Below, one piece after another: positions 19,181 to 27,242 of a DNA stretch of 64,000 nucleotides. The notes beneath the pieces were generated by a model, which made no database searches, had not been told where the DNA came from, and was given only the letters and a program-made list of their open reading frames with translations. The DNA is from an uncultured bacterium (GTDB lineage: Bacteria > Zixibacteria > MSB-5A5 > CAIYYT01), in the NCBI GenBank assembly GCA_963726455.1, contig CAVSCK010000004.1, positions 800,001 through 864,000 on the forward strand. The letters run 5' to 3'. Made by a program: the position numbers and the translations under genes. The first letter of the stretch is position 1. Every line of letters starts with the position of its first letter.

Positions 19181-19666
19181 TTAACAGTGGTATTTTATAT
19201 GTCCGATGATTGTCTGCGGCGAGACAATCGCAACACCGTAGACGTTTCTTAATTCAGAAATGACCCCGCAATATGAGTCACCATCCTCGTGTTGCACTAT
19301 CACGGCCTCGACTTCCAATCGTTGCGCGCAACGACAGATGGGACAATCTGAGGCCTCCGCAGTTATCCCGAACCGCACCAGAACAAATGGCGCCAGAAGT
19401 TTTCGCAACCGTTTGCAGGTGCGCCGGTGTATCCCCTGAACCAGTGCCGGTGAACAACGAGTCTCCCTGGCTATTCGGGCCAGAGACTTACCCTCGAAGT
19501 AGTGTCGCTCAACAATGAGCCGTTCGGCCGCGTCCAATTTGTCGACGGCATCTCTAACCTGTTGTTCCAGTACCTCCTGCTTACGAAGCGATTCCTCGTT
19601 AGGCTCCGGCGGCCAAATTGAACTAGTGGACGTCAAATAAACCCATTCGTGTAGCATAACGGTCAT
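19181..19666 (-). CDS. Sigma70 region-4 HTH protein with C-terminal CxxC...HxxxH putative zinc-binding domain
   Basis: 'AVDKLDAAERLIVERHYFEGKSLARIA...VQGIHRRTCKRLRK' is sigma4; no region 2; 'CPIC...HIKYH'; SD AAGGAG. Confidence 0.75.
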   Translation of the reverse strand: MTVMLHEWVYLTSTSSIWPPEPNEESLRKQEVLEQQVRDAVDKLDAAERLIVERHYFEGKSLARIARETRCSPALVQGIHRRTCKRLRKLLAPFVLVRFGITAEASDCPICRCAQRLEVEAVIVQHEDGDSYCGVISELRNVYGVAIVSPQTIIGHIKYHC

Positions 19667-19733
19667 GCCCGATCTCCTTTCGGGCAGGATTAAACGTCAT
19701 GGATCAGAGAAGGTAAATCAGGTGACATTCGCA

Positions 19734-19762
19734 TTGTGAATCACATCAGCAAGTGATATCAT
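19734..19762 (+). promoter_or_regulatory. Sigma70-type promoter abutting the ATG (probable leaderless), overlapped by palindrome TGTGAaTCACA
   Basis: TTGTGA-17-TATCAT with TGn; ATG at 19769; no SD. Confidence 0.55.
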
Positions 19763-19768
19763 GCCGGC

Positions 19769-20464
19769 ATGCAACCGGCTCCCGAGAACTTCCGGCTCAC
19801 TGTCATTAGTTACCTGATACTATTGCTATTGGCGGCCTTGTGGCCGTTGTCATCATTTGTTTTCCTGGGATCGCAGCTTGAGCTGTTGCGCGATATCGCC
19901 AATCCCGTGACAGACATCTATTATCCGACGATTATCGTGCAGTTGGTGACCTTGCTGTTGGTATTCGCCGCCGTCAGGTCGGAACAGGTGAAACTGAACG
20001 ACATCGGCTTGCGGGCGTTCAATCGCTGGACTACGTTGCAGGCGATCGGATTCCTGATCATTGCCAACAGCGTACTTTCAGTATTGCAGGTCGCCATTTT
20101 TGCCCAATCGCCGCAAAGCTTCAACCCCATCACCGCGATTGTCCCCACCACGGCCTATGCGCGCTCAGTCTGGGTGATTCTCTGCGTGATTGTCGCATTC
20201 AGTGAGGAGATGGCATATCGCGGCTACATTCTAACTCGTGTGACTCGCATGAGCGGCGGCAGAGTCTGGCTGGGTGTGCTGGTATCGACAGTCGCATTTG
20301 CCAGTGGGCATTTGTATCAGGGAATCGGTGGATTTGCCGTGATATTCGTGTACGGGTTGATGTTTGCCGGCTTGTACCTGTATACCGGCTCGATATTCCC
20401 CGGAATTATTGCCCACTTCCTGCAGGACACAATGATCATTTTCGTGCCGGGTCTGTCGCGCTAA
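19769..20464 (+). CDS. CPBP/CAAX (Abi) intramembrane glutamic endopeptidase
   Basis: 'EEMAYRG', 'FASGHLYQG', 'IIAHFLQD'; multiple TM segments. Confidence 0.92.
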   Translation: MQPAPENFRLTVISYLILLLLAALWPLSSFVFLGSQLELLRDIANPVTDIYYPTIIVQLVTLLLVFAAVRSEQVKLNDIGLRAFNRWTTLQAIGFLIIANSVLSVLQVAIFAQSPQSFNPITAIVPTTAYARSVWVILCVIVAFSEEMAYRGYILTRVTRMSGGRVWLGVLVSTVAFASGHLYQGIGGFAVIFVYGLMFAGLYLYTGSIFPGIIAHFLQDTMIIFVPGLSR

Positions 20465-20597
20465 ACAATAGTGCGCCGACCATGATTAGTCATATTTCCC
20501 CGTTCAATTTGGCGCTTTACAGTCGCGAAGCATGGGTTTATATTGCGACGAATATTTCCCGGTGGACAGTTTCCCATCGCGGTGAGAGGAGTCTGAA

Positions 20598-21620
20598 TTG
20601 ACAGGCATAGGCATCATAGGTTGCGGCTATTGGGGCCCAAATCTGGTACGGAATTTCAAATCGCTTTCATCTTGCAAGGTTGTTGGAATACATGACCTTA
20701 GACCGGAACGCGTCAAGTTTATCCAGTCAAGTTATCCTGATCTGAAGAGTTACGAGTCCGTGCAAAAGCTGATCGAGGATCCGGCTATTGAAGCGGTCGT
20801 GATTGCGACGCCGGTTGCGGCGCACTTTGAGGTAGCCAAAGCTGCACTGACCGCAGGCAAGCATGTGCTGCTGGAGAAGCCGTTGACGTCCTCGGTGGCG
20901 CAAGCATCGGAGCTGGTGGATCTGGCGGCAAAGAAGGGCCTGACTTTGATGGTTGACCACACGTTTCTGTACACGGGCGCCGTCCGCAAGATCAAAGAAC
21001 TGGTAGACTCCGGAGAGATCGGCAAGTTGCTCTATTTCGATTCCGTTCGTGTCAACCTCGGACTTTTCCAGCATGACATCAATGTGATTTGGGACCTGAC
21101 TCCTCACGACATTTCGATCTGCGACTACATCTCGCGTAAGAAGGCGGTATCGGTCAATGCTGTTGGCCATGCGTTCTACGGCCAGAGCATCGAGAACATC
21201 AGTTATCTCGCGGTGAAGTATGAAGACGAAATGCTGGCGCATTTCCACGTCAACTGGCTGGCGCCGGTGAAAGTGCGCACGACGCTGATCGGCGGCACTG
21301 AACGGATGATTGTCTATGATGACATGGAGCCGTCCGAGAAGATCAAGATCTACGACAAGAAAGTCGTGCTGACCGACCATGCGGGCCAGGAAGACCAGGA
21401 GAAGGTATATAGCGCGCTGGTGGAATATCGAATCGGTGATATGCGAGCGCCGAAACTGGAGAGCACCGAGGCGCTGAAACTGGTCGCCAAGGAATATGTC
21501 GATTCGATCACTCAGAAACGTAAGCCGCTGACCTCCGGTGAGGATGGTCTGCACGTGGTGCGAATTCTTGAAGCCGCAGACAAGTCGCTCAAGATGAACG
21601 GCGCACAGGTGAAGCTATAA
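20598..21620 (+). CDS. Gfo/Idh/MocA family oxidoreductase (nucleotide-sugar 3-dehydrogenase-like)
   Basis: 'GCGYWG', 'HVLLEKP', 'WDLTPHD'; TTG start with SD GAGGAG. Confidence 0.9.
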   Translation: MTGIGIIGCGYWGPNLVRNFKSLSSCKVVGIHDLRPERVKFIQSSYPDLKSYESVQKLIEDPAIEAVVIATPVAAHFEVAKAALTAGKHVLLEKPLTSSVAQASELVDLAAKKGLTLMVDHTFLYTGAVRKIKELVDSGEIGKLLYFDSVRVNLGLFQHDINVIWDLTPHDISICDYISRKKAVSVNAVGHAFYGQSIENISYLAVKYEDEMLAHFHVNWLAPVKVRTTLIGGTERMIVYDDMEPSEKIKIYDKKVVLTDHAGQEDQEKVYSALVEYRIGDMRAPKLESTEALKLVAKEYVDSITQKRKPLTSGEDGLHVVRILEAADKSLKMNGAQVKL

Positions 21621-21688
21621 CACGATTGCTTCCCCGTATGATAAGATTGGAACACTATTGTTCGTGATACAAAAGCAAGGATCAAACG

Positions 21689-22180
21689 ATGAATGAATAT
21701 CAATGTGTTGCTCCGGACGTCGTTCTGGGGAAAGATGTCAAGCTCGGGAAGTTTATTAATCTCTACGGTTGTTCGATCGGTGACGGCACCAAGGTCGGCG
21801 CAATGGTGGAGATTCAGAAGAACGCCTCCATCGGTAAGTCGTGCAAGATATCGTCGCACACGTTTATCTGCGACGGCGTCGCAATCGGCGACAACTGCTT
21901 TATCGGGCACGGCGTGATGTTCATCAACGACAACTATCCGCAAGCGACACGCCCTGACGGCCAACTCGAAACGGAAGCGGACTGGAAACCGCGTTTTGTC
22001 TATACGCAGATCGGCAACCATGTCGCCATCGGGAGTAACGCCACGATAAAAGGCGGCGTAAAGATCGGTGACAATGCCATTATCGGCGCCGGGAGTGTCG
22101 TCACCAAGGACGTGCCGGCAGGAGAAATCTGGGCGGGAAATCCGGCGCGCAAGTTGCGGGAAGTTCCGAAGAGCAAGTAG
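21689..22180 (+). CDS. Hexapeptide-repeat N-acyltransferase (WbpD-like)
   Basis: Left-handed beta-helix repeats, 'FIGHGVMFIND', 'IGAGSVVTKDVP...GNPA'. Confidence 0.9.
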   Translation: MNEYQCVAPDVVLGKDVKLGKFINLYGCSIGDGTKVGAMVEIQKNASIGKSCKISSHTFICDGVAIGDNCFIGHGVMFINDNYPQATRPDGQLETEADWKPRFVYTQIGNHVAIGSNATIKGGVKIGDNAIIGAGSVVTKDVPAGEIWAGNPARKLREVPKSK

Positions 22181-22249
22181 GCGGAAAACGCCTTCGCCCG
22201 TCTCTATGCACCGGGCGATTATATTGACCCGGGCTGAGGGACGAACTGG

Positions 22250-22957
22250 ATGAAAGTACTCGTAGCAGTCTTCTGCTATAACGAAGGGGGCAAACTTCGC
22301 AATGTGCTGCAGAAATTCGGAACGCAGCCGGCGTGGGACGTGCTGGTGGTGGACGATGGTTCAACCGACGACTCCCCTGCTGTAATGAAGGAATTCCCGT
22401 TCACCGTGATTCGCCATGATGCAAACAAAGGCGTAGGTGAATCAATCAAGACATCGCTACGATACGCCAAAGAACATGGACACGAAGCCATCGTGATTAT
22501 GGCGGGCAACGGGAAAATGGACCCCAACCAGGTCACGGTGCTGTTGGAGCCGATTGTCGAACGCGGATTTGATTACGTCCAGGGTTCACGATACTTGGTG
22601 GGTGGTTCGAGCCCCAATCTGCCGTTCAAGCGGGCGATGATGATCAAGGCATTTACCTTCTGTGTTAATGTGTTCATGCCCTTCAAAGGCACTGACGTCA
22701 CCTGCGGTTTTCGCGCGTATCGCACGGATATATTCAGTCGGGCGGCGATCAATATTGATCAGGACTGGCTCGGGCGGTACGAAATGGAATACTACATCCA
22801 CTACCGAGTGATCAAGGGCGGCCTGAAGGTAACCGAAGTGCCGGTTGCGATGACTTACCCGCCGGAAAAGAAGAACTATTCCAAAATCAAGGCAGGTTCC
22901 GGGTGGTGGTCGATGATCCGTCCCTGGGTATTTCTAATTCTTAGGATCAAGAAATAG
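22250..22957 (+). CDS. Glycosyltransferase family 2 (DPM1-like)
   Basis: 'YNEG', 'VVDDGSTD', 'GSRY', 'TDVTCGFRAY'. Confidence 0.9.
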   Translation: MKVLVAVFCYNEGGKLRNVLQKFGTQPAWDVLVVDDGSTDDSPAVMKEFPFTVIRHDANKGVGESIKTSLRYAKEHGHEAIVIMAGNGKMDPNQVTVLLEPIVERGFDYVQGSRYLVGGSSPNLPFKRAMMIKAFTFCVNVFMPFKGTDVTCGFRAYRTDIFSRAAINIDQDWLGRYEMEYYIHYRVIKGGLKVTEVPVAMTYPPEKKNYSKIKAGSGWWSMIRPWVFLILRIKK

Positions 22958-23070
22958 CCGACTGCCCTTCTCGCAGAGCCCCCGCACGCTGTCGAATTCG
23001 ATGCTGCTAACTGGCTGCGATGGTTGAAGTATCAAGGATTTACACCCGTCGGGCAGGGCAAGCTTGTTGC

Positions 23071-23099
23071 TTGACAGTTATCCAACAAAAGGGCATATT
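23071..23099 (+). promoter_or_regulatory. Sigma70-type promoter upstream of manC
   Basis: TTGACA-17-CATATT followed by SD AAGGAGG. Confidence 0.6.
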
Positions 23100-23127
23100 G
23101 ACCGTTTGGTAAGGAGGTTGGAAAAGT

Positions 23128-24207
23128 ATGATGTACGGTGTTATCATTGCCGGTGGAAAGGGAGAGCGTTTTTGGCCCTTCTCCACTAAGGAGAAGCCCA
23201 AGCAACTGCTCAACATCTACTCAAATCGCTCGATGCTGCAAGACACTATTGAGCGAGTGTCCGACCTTGTGCCCATGGACAGAACGGTGATCGTAACCGG
23301 TGAGAGTATCCGAAATCAGATACTCGAACACGTCCCCAATGTTAAAGAGCAGAATATACTTGCCGAACCATTTGGCAAGAATACCTGCCTGGCGATCGCC
23401 TTTGCGGCGGCGCATCTGGCGAAGAAGGATCCCCAGGCAACGATGCTGGTTTTGTCGGCAGATCACTTCATCCAGCCCAAGGAAAGACTGCTAGAGATAC
23501 TGAAGTACGGAGCGACGATCGCCGAGCGCGATGAAATGTTGATCACAATCGGTATCAATCCGACTCGCCCCGAGACCGGATATGGATATATCGAACAGGG
23601 ACAACTCTACGATTCGTACAACGGCATCAGCAGCTATACAGTAAAGCAATTCAAGGAAAAGCCGAGCCGCCCCCTGGCACAGCAGTATTATGTAGGCAGA
23701 TCGCACCTGTGGAATTCCGGTATGTTCATCTGGACGGCAGCCGCATTCCTGAAAGCCGTGTCGCAGTGCAAGCCAGACATGTACTCACAATTGATGGCTT
23801 ATTCCGAGAAGATCGGCACAGGAGAAGAGCGTGACTACCGTCAGAAATTGTTCGAAAACGCCGAGAACATTTCTGTCGACGTGGCGATACTTGAAGCCGC
23901 TGCCAATGTCGTAGTCATCAAGGGTGATTTGATCTGGGACGACATCGGTAGCTGGCTGGCGCTGGAGCGAATCAATCCCAAGGACAAAGATAATAACGTG
24001 ATCATCGGCAACACGATATTGCACGATTCGTACGAAATCACTGCGGTTAATGCCAATGACGGCATTATCGCAACTCTGGGAGTATCGGATCTGGTGGTCG
24101 TCAAGACCGATCAAGTGGTTTTGGTGGCGCACAAGACCAAGGTTGGCGATATCAAGGCGTTGCTGGCCATCCTCAAAGAGGACCCCAATCTTGAGAAATA
24201 TCTATAG
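23128..24207 (+). CDS. manC: Mannose-1-phosphate guanylyltransferase
   Basis: 'AGGKGERFWP...PKQ', 'EPFGKNT', 'PETGYGYI', 'FKEKP', 'WNSGMF', 'WDDIGSW'. Confidence 0.93.
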   Translation: MMYGVIIAGGKGERFWPFSTKEKPKQLLNIYSNRSMLQDTIERVSDLVPMDRTVIVTGESIRNQILEHVPNVKEQNILAEPFGKNTCLAIAFAAAHLAKKDPQATMLVLSADHFIQPKERLLEILKYGATIAERDEMLITIGINPTRPETGYGYIEQGQLYDSYNGISSYTVKQFKEKPSRPLAQQYYVGRSHLWNSGMFIWTAAAFLKAVSQCKPDMYSQLMAYSEKIGTGEERDYRQKLFENAENISVDVAILEAAANVVVIKGDLIWDDIGSWLALERINPKDKDNNVIIGNTILHDSYEITAVNANDGIIATLGVSDLVVVKTDQVVLVAHKTKVGDIKALLAILKEDPNLEKYL

Positions 24208-24344
24208 CAGGAAATCGAACAAGCTGCGTCTCCTGCTAGTATTCGCGCAGAGTCTGTTACCTGAGGATCATGACACTAAGCACTAGTAATCTTTCCGGGG
24301 AGTACCCTAAGGCACGTGCAGTCACGTCAAAACGGTGGCAGGAA

Positions 24345-24968
24345 ATGAAAGCGATAATCCGCTTAATCACCGAACCGGGTGTCCTGGAGCAAGCCGTCGC
24401 GCTGATCTCGCAGGGACATCAGGTTGTGATACCGACGGAAACAATCTTCGGCCTGACCTGTGATGCCCTCAATGACAAAGCCGTAAGTGAGTTGTACGCC
24501 ATCAAGGGGCGACCACTCGACAAAGTATCGGCAATATTCGTGCCGTCAATCGAAGCGATAAGAAGTTACGCCATAATCGAGCAAGAATATGCGCGCCGCG
24601 TTATCGAACAATTATTGCCCGGTCCCCTGACGATAGTCGTCAAGAGCAGGAGAAGTCACTGGCCGGGAGTTGTAGGCGACGACGGCAAGATAGGAATTCG
24701 TGTCAGTTCCGAGGCGTTCGTTGGCGAATTGGCAGGCCAGGTTGGGCGTCCGTTGATTGCGACCTCAGCGAACAAGTCGGGTTTGCCCGATTGCACGAGC
24801 GTGGCGATGCTCACGGAGCAACTCGGTGACGTCGTAACACTCATATTGTATCGCGATCTCCAATGCCCGAGTATTCCGTCGACGGTAGTGGACTTGACGG
24901 GCGAGGAACCGAGACTGTTGCGACAGGGTTCTATACCGTGGGAAAAGATTTTGCAGATAACTGGATAA
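24345..24968 (+). CDS. tsaC: L-threonylcarbamoyladenylate synthase (Sua5/YrdC/YwlC)
   Basis: 'PTETIFGL', 'KGRP', 'PGPLT', 'TSANKSG', 'PSTVVD'; start at 24345 chosen by homology. Confidence 0.9.
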   Translation: MKAIIRLITEPGVLEQAVALISQGHQVVIPTETIFGLTCDALNDKAVSELYAIKGRPLDKVSAIFVPSIEAIRSYAIIEQEYARRVIEQLLPGPLTIVVKSRRSHWPGVVGDDGKIGIRVSSEAFVGELAGQVGRPLIATSANKSGLPDCTSVAMLTEQLGDVVTLILYRDLQCPSIPSTVVDLTGEEPRLLRQGSIPWEKILQITG

Positions 24969-24983
24969 ACCAACGGAAATTGA

Positions 24984-25460
24984 ATGTATAAGATAGTGTA
25001 CGTTTGCACAGGAAATACCTGCCGTTCACCCATGGCCGAGGGGATTTTGCGGAAATTGATCGCGGAGAGCGGCCACAAGGATGTGGAGGTTTTGTCGGCC
25101 GGGATCGGCACTCTGGACGGATATCCAGCCACACTTACTGCGGTGCAGACGGCGGCAAATCACGGTATTGATATTTCCGAGCACCACTCGCAGCGGTTGA
25201 CCGGCAAGCTGTTCAAAGACGCTGATCTGGTGTTCGCCCTTTCGGACAATCATTACGAGTTCATGCGGAATTTCCCGGACGCCGACGAGAAGCTGTACAT
25301 GGTAAAGGGCTTTCCCGAGAAGGAGCTCGCCGATCTGGAACACTCAGTGGATGATCCATTGGGAGGAACTTCTGAAGAATACCAACGTATCTTCGAGGAA
25401 ATCGAGCGGGAAATCAAACGGTCACTGCCGGAGATTTTGCGGAGGGTTGATCATAAGTAG
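24984..25460 (+). CDS. Low-molecular-weight protein phosphatase, YwlE-like (protein arginine phosphatase)
   Basis: P-loop 'CTGNTCRSPMAE', 'DDPLGG'; follows tsaC as in the ywlC...ywlE order. Confidence 0.85.
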   Translation: MYKIVYVCTGNTCRSPMAEGILRKLIAESGHKDVEVLSAGIGTLDGYPATLTAVQTAANHGIDISEHHSQRLTGKLFKDADLVFALSDNHYEFMRNFPDADEKLYMVKGFPEKELADLEHSVDDPLGGTSEEYQRIFEEIEREIKRSLPEILRRVDHK

Positions 25461-26280
25461 GAAAAGAATTATGGCGGCGACGCTGACGATTGCCGTGGCG
25501 CTGTTGCTGCTGATCGGAAGCATTCAGGGTGAGAGCGGCAAACCGGAAAGTGCGGCTGCCACAGCACAGGATAGTCTCACCCGGCAGGTGTCCAACGACG
25601 CATTTGGATTGGGAGAACGGCTGAAGTTTTCGATCGGCTACGGTCCGATCACGGCGGGAACGGCATACCTGGAAGTAAGCGACACGAATACTTACAACGG
25701 CAATATCTGCTACAGGATCACGTCACACACTACATCAAACGGCTTCTTTGACAATTTCTACAAGGTGCGCGACACGATATTAAGTCAGCTGGATGTCGAT
25801 GGATTATTTTCGCGCTACTTCTTCAAGGCACTGCACGAAGGTTCGTACCATTCGTCGCGTGAGATCGTTCTGGAACCCCGCCATCAACGCGCTTTATTTC
25901 GCAAGGGTACGGACAAGCCCGATACTGTGTCGCTTCTGCCGTTTGCCAACGATGAACTTTCTGTTCTTTACTATGCGCGTACTCAGCCGCTGAAGGTCGG
26001 CACGAGCATACACGTACCGGCGATGTCCGGAGACACGAGCCAGATGATCGAAGTGCGCGTAATTGGACGCGAAACGGTCGAAGTGCCGGCGGGTGAGTTC
26101 AAGTGCATCGTTGTCGAACCGATGCTGATAGCAGCCGGTGTGTTCAAGCAGGAGGGCGAAATCAAGGTTTGGCTTACCGATGATCGCCTGCGGATGCCGG
26201 TGCTGATGAAGAGCAAGATTTTGGTCGGTTCGATTTATGCCGAGTTGGAAGAATACAAATTGGGCAATCTGGACTGGTAG
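25447..26280 (+). CDS. DUF3108-family exported protein
   Basis: Signal peptide; 'GERLKFSIGYG', 'FYKVRD', 'ETVEVPAGEF', 'VWLTDD..RMPV'; alternative start ATG at 25471. Confidence 0.8.
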   Translation: MIISRKRIMAATLTIAVALLLLIGSIQGESGKPESAAATAQDSLTRQVSNDAFGLGERLKFSIGYGPITAGTAYLEVSDTNTYNGNICYRITSHTTSNGFFDNFYKVRDTILSQLDVDGLFSRYFFKALHEGSYHSSREIVLEPRHQRALFRKGTDKPDTVSLLPFANDELSVLYYARTQPLKVGTSIHVPAMSGDTSQMIEVRVIGRETVEVPAGEFKCIVVEPMLIAAGVFKQEGEIKVWLTDDRLRMPVLMKSKILVGSIYAELEEYKLGNLDW

Positions 26281-26281
26281 T

Positions 26282-27221
26282 ATGAAGCAAATCGACTTCA
26301 GCAAACTCAGAGTCAACAGCATCCGTGACCGCAAATCGAAGGTCGAGCGCGCGGAGTTGGCATTGAGTCTCAAGAGCAAAGGTGTGGCCGCTTTCGTTGA
26401 TTCCCTGCCTGATCTTCTCAAGGCCCGCGATCTGAAGGCTCTGACGAGCGCCATTGTAACTGCGCAACAAAAGCGTAAGCCGATTCTCTGGATGTTCGGC
26501 GCGCATGTGGTAAAAGTCGGATTGGCGCCGATACTGTGCGAGATTATGCAGAACGGGGCGGCGCAGCAGATTTCGACGAACAATGCCGGATTGATTCACG
26601 ATCTGGAATTGGCGTTCTTCGGGCCGACATCGGAGGATGTGGAAGCGGCGATCACGGAAGGCCAATTTGGAATGACTCGCGAAACGGGCGAGTTGTATGC
26701 CGGAATTCTCTATCTGGCGGCGAAAGACAAGATCGGACTCGGCGAAGCGGCCGGCAAATTCATGAATTCACGTAAGGCCAAGTACCGCAACACTTCGGTC
26801 TTTGCCACTGCGCAGAAGAAAAGCATACCGGCGACGGTGCACGTGGCAATCGGCACCGATGTTGTCAATGCGCATGCGGGATATGACGGCGCCAAGGCCG
26901 GAGCGGCATCGCAGATTGATTTCGGATATTCTGTGAAAACGTGAGGCACTTGAAGAACGGCGGCGTCGCGCTCAATTTCGGTTCGGCGGTGATTCTGCCG
27001 GAAGTGTTTCTGAAAGCGATCGCGATTGCGCGGAATCTGGATCCCAAGTTTACGAAATTTACGACAGCAAATTTTGATATGATCAGTCTTTATCGACCGC
27101 AAAACAATTTTGTCAAGCGCCCGCGCCTGTTGGGAGCTACGAGCTACGATTTTGCCGGGCATCATGAAATCATGTTGCCGTTGCTCTGGGCGGTGTGCGG
27201 GACCGATTGGGAAAACGGTAA
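26282..27221 (+). CDS. GSU2086-family / deoxyhypusine-synthase-fold protein; two apparent -1 frameshifts (about 26921 and 27193)
   Basis: 'RKSKV', 'GAHVVKVGL', 'IHDLELA', 'GQFGMTRETG', 'TVHVAIGTD', 'GSAVILPEVFLKA', 'GHHEIMLPLL' continue across ORFs 26237..26944 and 26941..27390. Confidence 0.75.
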
Positions 27222-27242
27222 CGGTGTTATTGAGGTTACGAG

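Noticed and set aside
23030-23042. IHF-consensus site TATCAAGGATTTA (near-match also at about 8277-8289)
   Set aside because: Short degenerate motif expected by chance, with no associated recombinase or sigma54 promoter.
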